A DNA stretch of 64,000 nucleotides, taken from assembly GCA_049322475.1 (NCBI GenBank), contig JBMOQZ010000309.1:1320-65319 (forward strand), given 5' to 3'. Position numbers and translations under genes: made by a program. This DNA is from Myxococcota bacterium (GTDB lineage: Bacteria > Myxococcota_A > UBA796 > SXON01). Below the pieces are notes generated by a model. It made no database searches and was not told the DNA's origin. It worked only from the letters and a program-made list of their open reading frames with translations. Shown here piece by piece: positions 28,416 through 38,000 of this stretch; within the stretch, counting starts at the first letter, position 1, and each line of letters starts with the position of its first letter.

Positions 28416-28898
28416 ATGGCTCGTCGTCCATCCGCTCCGTCCCCGCTCGTCCAGCAGGTTTCTGACCTCGTCCGCGCCGGGTACGGCGCGCTGCTCACGT
28501 TCGAGTCGCCGCGTGCGTGGGTCGAACTCGCCGGCCCCAACGGCGCAAAGGGAGACGACGGCGAGAGCTGGCGTGCGCCTGTCACCACGGTGAGGCTCGT
28601 GTGTGCTGGTGACTCTGGCGTGGTGGCGACCGCTTCGCGCGACGAGGCGTTCGGCAAGTCGCTCGACGCCCTCGCGGAGCTGGCGCGGCCGTTCGCCGGC
28701 GACGATCACCGCGTGCTCCTCGCCGTGCTGCGCTCCATCCGAGAGCTGTCCGCCAAGCCGAGGACGCGGATGCCGACGGTCGGCCCCGGTCTGGTCGAGC
28801 ACGGCGAGTCGAGCCTGTCCGCTTGGATATCGTGCTTGACCCTCGCTGACTTGGAGCAGGCGATGTCCGAGTCCTGCGAGGAGAGTCAGGCGGCGTAG
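28416..28898 (+). CDS. Hypothetical protein (160 aa)
   Basis: ATG at 28416 with GAGG 7 nt upstream. Same strand, between the family A genes and the recombinase. Confidence 0.5.
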   Translation: MARRPSAPSPLVQQVSDLVRAGYGALLTFESPRAWVELAGPNGAKGDDGESWRAPVTTVRLVCAGDSGVVATASRDEAFGKSLDALAELARPFAGDDHRVLLAVLRSIRELSAKPRTRMPTVGPGLVEHGESSLSAWISCLTLADLEQAMSESCEESQAA

Positions 28899-28944
28899 CC
28901 GGCCGAAATTATGTAAGGTACAACGCCCGCACCGAGGAACTCCT

Positions 28945-30537
28945 ATGCCCAAGTTCGCCTCCGCCTACCTGCGTTGCTCCGACCCCCGCCAGGACAAGTC
29001 CATCGAGCAGCAACGCGCAGAAATCCAACGCCGCGCCGACGCCGACGGGTACGTCATCCCTCCCGAGAACTGGTTCGTGGACGAGGGGATCAGCGGGAAG
29101 TCGACCAAGAAGCGCGCCAGCTACCAGGCCATGATCAAGCGCGCCGAGGCCCAGCGCGATGCCCGGCGGGGGCGGAAGGTCGTGCGCGTCGAGCCCATCG
29201 AGCGGCTGTACGTGTGGGCGTTCAGCCGCATTGCCCGCAACATGTTCGATTGCCTGAAGGCGATTGCCACGCTGGACGACGCGGACATCGAGATCATCTC
29301 GCTCACCGAGAACGACACCGGCGACCGGTCGATGCGGAAGCTCATCCGGCCAATCCTCGCGTGGTTGGCGGAACGCTACATCGAGGAGCTGTCACGCAAC
29401 GTGAGGCGCGGGCAGATCTCGCAGGCGTCCAAGGGGTTCTGGCCGCACGGGCGGACCTCGTTCGGGTACGAGTCGGTCAAGGTGCAGGGCGGGTTCAAGC
29501 TCGTCGTGTCTGAGGAGACTCGCCAGGACTTCGAGACCGTGAAGCGCATCTTCAAGCTCGCGGACGAGCTTGGCGAGGGCTGCGCCCGGATCGCCAAGCG
29601 CCTCACCCGCGAAGGGGTGCGCCCACCGACGAGCAACTCCCACAACCGGGTGATCAAGCCGGGAACGTGGGCCACGCGGCACGTCCACTACATCCTCACG
29701 AACCGCCTGTATTGCGGGCACATCGTGGAGGAGGGAGAGGTGATGTACCGCGACGCCCACGAGGCCGCCGTGGACGACGAGACGTTCGAGCGGGTGTGCG
29801 CCAAGCGCAGCCTGCGCTACCAAGCTCGCCGGGACAAGGCGCTCGAAAACCCGGACACCAAGGTCAGCTTCGGGATGCGGGGCCTGTTCGCCCCCTGGCT
29901 TCGCTGCGGGAAGTGCGGCGGCCAACTCGGCGTCGTCGCGGGTGGGAAGGTGGGAGGCCGGACGTACCTGTACTACTGCCGCACCCGCGCCACCTCCGCG
30001 GGGCTCTGCACGGGCTTCTCGGTGCGGACGGAGGTGCTGGACGCCCGCATCCTCGACGCGATCCAGACGCGCCTCATGACCCCCGAGAACGTCCGGCAGA
30101 TTGCCACGGACACGGTTGCCGCCCTTGCCGCCACCGATGGCGACGCCGCAGCCGAGGAGCGCGAGCGCCTCACGGCGAGCGTCGCCGAGTTCGACCGCAA
30201 GATCCGTCTTGCCGCCACCCAGGTGATCAACGGCGTCATCGCAGAGGAGGACGCCAAGGCGGTCACCGTCCCGCTGATGGAGCAGCGCGAGGTCGCCAAG
30301 CTGCGACTCGCCGCGCTGCCCTCGGCGAACGCCGGCCGTGCGTTCGTGAACATGAACCCGGAGAAGTTCCGGGCAAAGGTGATGGAGGCGTGGACGAACC
30401 GGCCCATCGAGGAGCGTCGGGAGGCCCTGCGCGGGGTGCTCGACAAGGTCGTCCTGAACGATGGAGGGATGGAGATCCACTACGGGATGCGCGCGTATTG
30501 CGAGGATGGATGGCAAGGCCCGTTCAACCGGAGGTAG
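28945..30537 (+). CDS. Large serine recombinase (integrase)
   Basis: Resolvase-type N-terminus (SAYLRCSDPRQDKSIEQQ, VDEGISGKS), recombinase domain, Zn-ribbon (LRCGKCGGQLG..YLYYCRTR) and a coiled-coil tail. 530 aa. Confidence 0.85.
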   Translation: MPKFASAYLRCSDPRQDKSIEQQRAEIQRRADADGYVIPPENWFVDEGISGKSTKKRASYQAMIKRAEAQRDARRGRKVVRVEPIERLYVWAFSRIARNMFDCLKAIATLDDADIEIISLTENDTGDRSMRKLIRPILAWLAERYIEELSRNVRRGQISQASKGFWPHGRTSFGYESVKVQGGFKLVVSEETRQDFETVKRIFKLADELGEGCARIAKRLTREGVRPPTSNSHNRVIKPGTWATRHVHYILTNRLYCGHIVEEGEVMYRDAHEAAVDDETFERVCAKRSLRYQARRDKALENPDTKVSFGMRGLFAPWLRCGKCGGQLGVVAGGKVGGRTYLYYCRTRATSAGLCTGFSVRTEVLDARILDAIQTRLMTPENVRQIATDTVAALAATDGDAAAEERERLTASVAEFDRKIRLAATQVINGVIAEEDAKAVTVPLMEQREVAKLRLAALPSANAGRAFVNMNPEKFRAKVMEAWTNRPIEERREALRGVLDKVVLNDGGMEIHYGMRAYCEDGWQGPFNRR

Positions 30538-31403
30538 TACGCTCCACCCCTGTCCCCGGGCGGCCGGCGGTACGCCTTCACGACCGCGGTCGTGCCCTCG
30601 CCCCACGAGCCCTCCACGGACACGCGGGAGCCGCCTCGCCGGCTGAACATCGGCTTCACCTCCACGCCGTTGAACCGGAACGTGAAGCCGGGGATGTCGT
30701 TGGCGGCGAGCAGCTCGCGCAGGCGGTCCTCGATGCCGACGTACACGCCGCGGGCTCGGTCCCAGTAGCGGACGAGGTCCGGGTCGACGTCGCGGATCTC
30801 CAGCCGGGTTCCCTGGCGCGGGGGCGCGTCGAAGATCTGGACCTCCGTGTTCATCCCGTTGGCGACGGCGAGGTTGTCGCGGGTGTGGAGGGACCACGAG
30901 AAGGATCGCGATGCGCCGAGGATCACGGCCTTGGCGACTCCGAAGCCGCCGGCGGCCTCGCCGGAGTCGGCCGCGTCGCGCTTCCCGCTCTCACCGATAG
31001 CGAGGAACTTCCCGACGATGTCCTCGGCAGACATCCCGATGCCAGGGTCGCTCAGCGACAGGGTGCGCTCGGCGGCGTTCCACTCCACCTCGAACCAACC
31101 CTCGTCGGCCTTGATCTGCCGCGCGCGGACCGCGGCCCTCGCCGCGTCGAGGCCGTTCTGGAGCCCCTCCCGCGTGGCAAGCCAGGGAAGATCGCCCGAT
31201 CTGTAGACGCTCTTCGTGAGCAGCAGCCAGAGTTGGCCGATGTTTGCCGAGGGGCGGCCCGTCGCCTTGGCGGTCATCGCCTCACGCACCTCGGCGACGC
31301 CGCCGAGCTCGCGTCGGAGGGCGGCACGGTCGATAATCAGGTGGCCGGCGGCCTTCGGGAACGCGCCAGGGGCGGGCATGGGGTGGGAGCAGGGGCAGGG
31401 CAT
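30480..31403 (-). CDS. GHKL (Bergerat-fold, HATPase_c_3-like) ATPase, short form
   Basis: N-box TREGLQNGLDAA, G1 box LSDPGIGMS, G2 box AAGGFGVAKA. The last 19 codons overlap the recombinase 3' end on the other strand. ATG at 31403 (or 31379). Confidence 0.65.
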   Translation of the reverse strand: MPCPCSHPMPAPGAFPKAAGHLIIDRAALRRELGGVAEVREAMTAKATGRPSANIGQLWLLLTKSVYRSGDLPWLATREGLQNGLDAARAAVRARQIKADEGWFEVEWNAAERTLSLSDPGIGMSAEDIVGKFLAIGESGKRDAADSGEAAGGFGVAKAVILGASRSFSWSLHTRDNLAVANGMNTEVQIFDAPPRQGTRLEIRDVDPDLVRYWDRARGVYVGIEDRLRELLAANDIPGFTFRFNGVEVKPMFSRRGGSRVSVEGSWGEGTTAVVKAYRRPPGDRGGAYYLRLNGPCHPSSQYARIP

Positions 31404-31453
31404 CAGGGGCCTCCCATGGTGGGCCGTGATAGATCGCGAAGCGAGAGTGACCG

Positions 31454-32497
31454 ATGGGGACGTGCATCTTCTGTAGATCGAATCCCGCTGCATCCTTGGA
31501 GCACGTGGTTCTGAACGCATTGGGCGGCCGCAAACAAACGACTGGTTTGCTTTGCGAAAGGTGCAACAACGGCTTCGGCGGCAGCATCGACTCGGAACTG
31601 GAGTCCGCCCTTCGGTTCTTCTCCGCCGTTTCCGGGTGCTTCCGTGGTGATGGCGTGCCAGTGGCCCCCGCCCGCGCCGAGATCCTCGGAGGGCCGGGAC
31701 ACCTGCGGGTTCAACACGGTGGCTTGGCTACGCGAGGGCACCAGGTGGAGATCACGCTCGTCGCTCCAGACGGGGTGACTTCGACGCGAGAGATGGTGAG
31801 ATTTGAGGAGTCCGCGATCGCGGGTTTTATCGCTTCGTTTGCCCGCCGACTCAAAATCCCGTTCGAGGAGATTCATCTCGAGGGAACGCAGCGCGACAAC
31901 GGCGTTGAACATGGCGAAATTTCGGGCGCGATTGGCGGCCCTACGCAGTTCCGATCCGTGGCCAAGATGGGCTTGGCAGCTCAAGCACATCAGCGCGCCC
32001 TTCGGCCGGCGAATACGCGTGCCAAACGGCTCGCCGAATGGATCAGCGACGGAGGTGGGGAATGGCCCTTCGCTCTCGATCCTCGAGCAGGCCCCGCGTT
32101 CCGCGGCGCAGCAGGAACGCACGTTGGCACGCATCTCTTGGCCGTGTTCGAAGGGCCCGCTCGACGCTGGGAGGTGGCTTTCGTCGCCTTCGGCGCGATT
32201 GCCTACCGCGCTGAGTTGCCTCGTCCCGCGGCTGGCTTCTCGCCGCTGGTTCACGTCGTGGACCCTCGTGTCCGCGCGCACAGTGTACGTGTCGATTTCC
32301 ATCCACCCATGCTGCGCGACATCCGCGAGGTTCTCCTCGCTGACGAATACGGGCAGGCGGCGCTCGATGAGCTGATGGCGTGGGTCCGCGCAAACGCGGC
32401 GGTGGCAGTCGCCCATCATCCAGCCCAAACTACGGCGCCTATTGACGTTGGCGAGATCCTGCGGATCGTGCGAGAGAGACTCGGCGCCCCGGGGTGA
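31454..32497 (+). CDS. HNH (His-Me finger) endonuclease-domain protein, 347 aa
   Basis: The N-terminus CIFCRSNPAASLEHVVLNALGGRKQTTGLLCERCNN is CxxC..H..N..CxxC. The gene is A/T-richer. It is divergent from the GHKL gene (50-bp spacer) and convergent with the C5-MTase gene. Confidence 0.7.
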   Translation: MGTCIFCRSNPAASLEHVVLNALGGRKQTTGLLCERCNNGFGGSIDSELESALRFFSAVSGCFRGDGVPVAPARAEILGGPGHLRVQHGGLATRGHQVEITLVAPDGVTSTREMVRFEESAIAGFIASFARRLKIPFEEIHLEGTQRDNGVEHGEISGAIGGPTQFRSVAKMGLAAQAHQRALRPANTRAKRLAEWISDGGGEWPFALDPRAGPAFRGAAGTHVGTHLLAVFEGPARRWEVAFVAFGAIAYRAELPRPAAGFSPLVHVVDPRVRAHSVRVDFHPPMLRDIREVLLADEYGQAALDELMAWVRANAAVAVAHHPAQTTAPIDVGEILRIVRERLGAPG

Positions 32498-32550
32498 CGC
32501 CCCAGGCGCCCGCCGGCTGACGTGAGCGCCGAAGCCAGAAGCGCAACGGG

Positions 32551-33612
32551 TCACGCCGCCCTCTGCTGGAGCGTGTCGGCGACCGTGGCGCGTAGTCGCC
32601 CGAGATGCCGCACTACGAACTGGTCGATCTCCTCGGGCCCGACCCCTCGGGGCGGACGCGCACGCACGAGCGCGACGGCCCGACCGAGCACCCGTTCGGC
32701 CAACGCGCCGACCGCCGGCAGCGACTCGCGCACAGTCCCCACGCCCTCCTCCGCGGCGCGGATCGCGCGGGCGACGGCTGCGGCGAACACGGGCGGAACC
32801 GCGTTGCCGACCTGACGGTACCGCGCCTCGACTCCGCCCGCGAAGGGGTAGCCCACGGGGAAGGTCTGGAGCGCTGCGCACTCCCCAAGGGTGAGTTTCC
32901 GCCGCGCCCCGTTCGTCGCGATCGCGAGTGCGTCGCTCGCGTTGTTGAGCTTCCTCCACCACGCGGGGTCCGTCGGGCGCCCCTTCCACTCGTTGGTCAT
33001 CACGCAGGGTGACGGGGAGTCCCACGCGACTCCGATGGCAGAGCGCATCGAGCGCCGAGGCTCGGTCGCCGGCGCGCTCACGGGCCGGGGGCCAGCGATC
33101 ACGAACAGCCGGGTTCTGCTCTGGGGCACGCCATGGTCGGCGGCGTTCAGCGTCCAGACGGCGACGTGCGGGAAGAGCCGCCGCAGCTCGGGGACGACGT
33201 GTCGCTCCACATAGCGGACGGCGTTGCGGACGTTCTCGAAGATGGCCCAGCGCGGGCGGATCGCGCGCACGACGCGCAGCGTCCAGGGCCAGCCGTTGCG
33301 GGCCACGTCATCGGCCCCCTTCCGCGCGGCGTGCTGGTTCGCGGTCGACCACGCCTGGCACGGCGGTGACGCCCAGAGCACGTCGATGGTCCCGGCGAGC
33401 GCGGCGTAGTCGAGGTCGCGCACGTCCGCCTCGACGGCGGGGAAGCCCGCGGCCCGCAGCGTCGCCACGGCGGACGGATCGCGCTCGACACAGGCCACGT
33501 GCTCGAAACCCTCGCCGTGCAGCCCGAGCGCCGCACCGCCCGCGCCGGCGAACAGGTCCAGCACACTGAGCGTCCGGCGTTCGTGGGCGGTGTTGGGAGG
33601 TGCGGGGAACAT
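32551..33612 (-). CDS. DNA (cytosine-5) methyltransferase
   Basis: ATG at 33612. Motif I DLFAGAGG, IV SPPCQAWS, VI AIFENV, VIII PQSRTRLFV, X GNAVPP. Confidence 0.9.
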   Translation of the reverse strand: MFPAPPNTAHERRTLSVLDLFAGAGGAALGLHGEGFEHVACVERDPSAVATLRAAGFPAVEADVRDLDYAALAGTIDVLWASPPCQAWSTANQHAARKGADDVARNGWPWTLRVVRAIRPRWAIFENVRNAVRYVERHVVPELRRLFPHVAVWTLNAADHGVPQSRTRLFVIAGPRPVSAPATEPRRSMRSAIGVAWDSPSPCVMTNEWKGRPTDPAWWRKLNNASDALAIATNGARRKLTLGECAALQTFPVGYPFAGGVEARYRQVGNAVPPVFAAAVARAIRAAEEGVGTVRESLPAVGALAERVLGRAVALVRARPPRGVGPEEIDQFVVRHLGRLRATVADTLQQRAA

Positions 33613-33764
33613 GGCGAACCGTGGGAAAAACGAGCCCCTTCGCCTCCCGGCGACGTCGCGTCGGAAGGCGCTGGAGCAACGTTTGGAGGGTGGAGAGCGG
33701 TGGGGTGGCCCGCTCGAAGGCGGCACGCTTGGAGAGCCTTGGCGGCCGCCTGCGAGGGGGTGGA

Positions 33765-34058
33765 TCAGCCGTGGAGCGGGCGCCCCGCGCGGATGAGCCG
33801 GCCGAGGTTCGGCCCCTGGAAGTGGAGCGACCAGACGACCTCGATGAGGAAGCTGACGAGGGCCTCCTTCGCGGGGTTCTCGATCCAGTTGGGGATGCTC
33901 GGCACGTCCACCGACTTCGCGGCGTCGAGGAGCGCGGCGCGCACCCAAGCCTTCTTCTGCGCCCCGGTGCCGGGGCCGAAGATGTCCTCGGCGAGCTCCA
34001 TCAGCTTGTGGAGGTTGGGGAGCAGCCAGTCGGGGAGCTTGATCTGGTAGAGGTCCAT
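33765..34058 (-). CDS. Small hypothetical protein (97 aa); weak resemblance to the cytoplasmic part of LL-H-type phage holins
   Basis: GAQKKAWVRAALLDAAK...AKEALVSFLIEVVW recalls the G.eKk.A...IEaaV pattern, but no clear TM helix is present. Lies 30 nt downstream of the lysozyme-like gene. Confidence 0.4.
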   Translation of the reverse strand: MDLYQIKLPDWLLPNLHKLMELAEDIFGPGTGAQKKAWVRAALLDAAKSVDVPSIPNWIENPAKEALVSFLIEVVWSLHFQGPNLGRLIRAGRPLHG

Positions 34059-34088
34059 GAGCGTTGGTTCCTGTGTCGGAGAGTTGGA

Positions 34089-35039
34089 TCAGGCGGCGAG
34101 GGAACCCGGCAGCGCCACGGGCAGGTCACGAAGGGTGGGGTCGGTGAGGATGTCGCTCGACCGCTTGGTGATGAGGTCGTAGAGGCTCCACGGCTTCGAC
34201 GGCGGACCGGTGACGGCGTGCCAGACCCCAGACACGCTCACGCGGCGGACGCGGTGGTTGCCCACGGCGAGCTCCGACCACTCGGTCGCCACGGGCGACC
34301 ACCAGATGTTGCCGTCGGCGTTGAAGTTCCGGTTCGCGGGCGAGCTCGTCCGGCGGAACCTCGCGGCGCACGTCCACGCGTACTGCGCGACCACGTCGTT
34401 CGGGGCGGCCGGACGGCGGTCGGGCGCCTCGGCGTACCAGGACGCGAGTCGCTTCGCGGGGCCGAGAGCTCCCGCGGAGCCTTGGTGCACAGTGCGGTTG
34501 TAGTAGAGCGTCATCGCGCGCTCGGTGGCGACACCGAGCGTCCGCGCGATCTCGACGGCGCCCGCCATGTACTCGGACTCGGCGGCCACGCGCGCCTGCA
34601 CCTGCTGGAACGCCGGCCAGCGCCCGGCGGCGGCGAAGCGGGACACCCAGGGCTCGGCCCACAGCGCGACGCCGTCGACGGCCTCGAGCGAGGCGCGGCC
34701 GGTGACGTCGAGCACCTTCGCCCAGCTCGCGCCGAAGAAGCGGCCGAAGGCGGCGGGGTCGGCGGCGGCCATCGCGCGGAGGAGCCGGCCGAGCGAGCCC
34801 GACTTCTGCGTCCACTGAAGGATGCCGTAGCTCACGCCGTTGCCGTCGAGGTTGCGCTGGACGGACCAGAACTGGCCCTCGTGCTCGCTCGTCTTGCGGA
34901 GGAGCGTGGGGATCCAGTCGGTGATGAAGTGTTCCACGTTCTCCTCCAGCTTCTGGGCGGTGCGACGGACGGTTGGGGACGAAGCGGCGGCTGCGAGCAT
35001 GAGAACGCCGAGCGCGCCGGCGCCGACGAGCAGGGGCAT
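34089..35039 (-). CDS. Signal-anchored lysozyme-like / transglycosylase-like protein (putative endolysin)
   Basis: ATG at 35039 gives MPLLVGAGALGVLMLAAAA. SEHEGQFWSVQRNLDGNGVSYGILQWTQKSGSLG resembles the E...S..G(L/I)xQ lysozyme-fold motif. Assignment is tentative. Confidence 0.45.
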   Translation of the reverse strand: MPLLVGAGALGVLMLAAAASSPTVRRTAQKLEENVEHFITDWIPTLLRKTSEHEGQFWSVQRNLDGNGVSYGILQWTQKSGSLGRLLRAMAAADPAAFGRFFGASWAKVLDVTGRASLEAVDGVALWAEPWVSRFAAAGRWPAFQQVQARVAAESEYMAGAVEIARTLGVATERAMTLYYNRTVHQGSAGALGPAKRLASWYAEAPDRRPAAPNDVVAQYAWTCAARFRRTSSPANRNFNADGNIWWSPVATEWSELAVGNHRVRRVSVSGVWHAVTGPPSKPWSLYDLITKRSSDILTDPTLRDLPVALPGSLAA

Positions 35040-35053
35040 GGCAGACGAGCGGC

Positions 35054-38000
35054 TCACGAGGCCTCCCGCGCGTCGTCGTCGCCCTTGCCCTCGTCGGCCG
35101 AGAGCAGGTTCCGCGGGATGGTCCGTCCCCACCACCACCGCCCGGCCTCGGCGAGCTCGGCGAACTTCAGGCCGGACGCGGGCGCCTGCGCGAGGAATGC
35201 CTGCCACCCCGCCTCGGTGGGCGGGAGCACAGTCACGCCGGCCGTCCCTGCGGCTGCACCCGCGTTGACCACGCGGAGGCCCGAGGGCCCGACGACGGGG
35301 AGCCTCTGGCTCTGGGCGTTGTAGTAGGACACCTTCGCCAGCGCCCCGACCAGGGTGTCGGCCACCAACGGCCAGGTCCGCTCCACCCAGGCGTCCGGCG
35401 CGTGCTGCCAGCCGAGGCCGGGCCAGTCCCCCGAATAGCGGAGGCGGTCGTTCGCGACGGTCCCAGCCGCCTTCACGGTGAAGCTCTCCTCGTCGACGGG
35501 GAACGTGACGCCGTAGTGCTCGGGCTTCAGCGACCCGAACTGGGCCGAGTCCGCCTTGAGCATGCGCCAGCCGGCCTCGCCGGCCGAGCGGAAGGCGATC
35601 TGCCCGTCCTTCGTCACCTTCCCGAACTCGACGTAGTCGATCTTGCTGGCGTTCCACGCGCTCGGGACGCCGACGCGGAGGCCCTCGTGGAGGGGCCCGC
35701 CGCCCTCGGGCACGAGCACGGGCGTCTCACGGACGACTACGCTCGCGGCGGCCCACGGCCAGGCCTCGACGTTCACGCGGGAGAGGTGCTTGAGGCGCTC
35801 CTCGGCCTCGCCCCGGAGGCGCGCGGCCTCGACGCCGTCGCGGGTGCGCTCCGCGTTGCGGAAGCGGGCGTTGATGGCTCGGAGGAGCTTGCTCGCCTCG
35901 GTCGCGATCTTCTTCTTCGCCTCGGCCTCGCGTTGGACGCGGACGGCCTCGAGGCGGGCGCGCGTCTGCTCCGGGTTGCGGCTGATGAGGAGCAGGATCT
36001 CCTCCGGCCCCATGTCCATTTGGGCGCCGGGATTGTTGGTGTCCCGGTTCTGCGACTTCAGCAGCTCCGTCATCCAACCCCGCTTCCCCTGGATGAGGTT
36101 GAAGCGGAGCCCGTCCTGCGACCGGCGCGCGAAGTAGTAGTAGATGGCGATGGCGGACAGCGTGTTGCCCTGTCGCACGCCGCGCCCGTTGCGCTGCTGC
36201 AGCGTGGCCGGCTCCCAAGGGAGATCGAGGTGGTGGATGGCGCAGGTGCGCGTCTGCAGGTCGATGCCCTCGTAGGCGATGGCGTTGGCGATCACGACGT
36301 CGAACTTCGGCTTCGTGTCGGTTTCCGGCTCGCCGTTGAACTCCTTCGCGATGCGCTGGCGGTCGGCGGCGTTGGGCGCGACCTCCGCGTTCAGCACCCC
36401 GATCCTGTCCTCGGCGATGCCCGCGGACACGAGCGTCATCTTCACCCAGCGGTGGGCGGCCACGTTGTCGACGAAGACGATGTGGCCGCACGTCCGGTTG
36501 GCGAGCACGCGCTCGGCCAGCGCGTCGAACTTGGGCGAGCTCGGGTCGCTCACCTGGTCCGCGTTCTTCCACGAGTAGCCCGCGTCGAGCTGGGAGTGGA
36601 TGGCGACGAGCGCCATGCGGGCGAGCAGCCCGAGGATCTTCGCCTTGTCGCTCGGGTCGTCGCTCTTGAGCGCGGCCTCGATCTCGCGGACGTACCGGTC
36701 GTACTTGGCGTCCTGCGCGGCGTCCATGTCGACCTCGACCATCTCGACCTTGGGGTCGGGCAGCTTCAGGCCCACGTCCTCCGCGGTCTTGAACTCGCCG
36801 TAGCGGAGGATGGTGTCACGCAACTCGTGGAGGTTCTGGAACCCGACCACGGCGCCGCGCTCCTCGACCTCCATCGAGGGCGTCACGACCGGCTTGATCT
36901 CGATGCGGAGGTAACGGTCGATGAACTGCTCGGGGTCGCGGATGCCCATCCGGCGCCAGGCGTCGGGGTCGACGTACTGGATGAGGTTGTAGAACTCGAG
37001 CGGGCTGTTCTTGGCCGGGGTCGCGGAGAGCAGCACCACACCGGTGCCGCCGGTCTTGCGTCGCACGGCCGCGCACCGGAAGTCCAACTGCCACGCGCGC
37101 TTGGAACCGTCCCCGGGGTTTCCCATGAAGCGCGGGACGCCGCCCTCGCGGTCCTCGGGCAGGTACAGGTTCTTGTAGTTCTGCGCCTCGTCCACGATGA
37201 GCAGGTCGACGCCGATGTCGTCCCACGCGATGCCGGGGTCGTACTCCCAGCCCTCGGCGAGCTCCATCTGCTGGGCCACCCACGCGGCGATGCCCTCGCG
37301 GAGGATGGCTTCGTCGCGCTCGGACAGCTTCTTGCGCTTCGCGGCGTTGCGACGACGCAGCGCGACCTCGCGCTGGATCGCCTCGCACTGCTCGGCGTAG
37401 GCGCGGACGGCCTTCTCGTTCATCCGCGTGCGGCCGAGCGCCGTGTACGTGAGCAGCACCACGTCGTACTCGCCGGCCTGGAACCGGGTCCACTTCTCGG
37501 CGCGCTCCTGCGGCGTGTCCGTGTCACTCGTGGCGAGGCCCTTGCGCTCGCCGCGGCTGATGACCTTCTTCTTCGAGCCGATGACGGCGATGCGGTAGTC
37601 GGGCAGCACGCGGCGGATGTCCGCCTCCCACTTCCAGACGATGGAGTTGGGGACAAGCACCACCGGCCGCTTGCACCACCCTTCCTGCCGGGAGCGCGCC
37701 AGCGTGGCGATGCCGGTGTAGGTCTTGCCGACGCCAACGTCGAAGGCGAGGAGGCCACCGCGGTTGGCGAGCACACGGCGTGCGCCCGCGACCTGGTGGG
37801 GGTGCAGGCGGGGACCGTCCTTGCGCCAGCGCGCGATCGACAGCGGCTCCGCGGTGTAGGTCGGGGCGATGTACCCCCGGAACTGGCGGTTGTAGGCGTG
37901 CTCGATCGCGAGGCGACGCTCCGGCGTCGCGGAGCACCACCCCTTGAAGCTGGCGTCCCACTCGGCCGCCTTCTTCATGCGGATCTTGTCGATGTCCTTC

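Noticed and set aside
33765-34058. Calling the 97-aa protein a holin.
   Set aside because: It shows only a short motif resemblance to LL-H-type holins, and I see no transmembrane helix. It is annotated as hypothetical.
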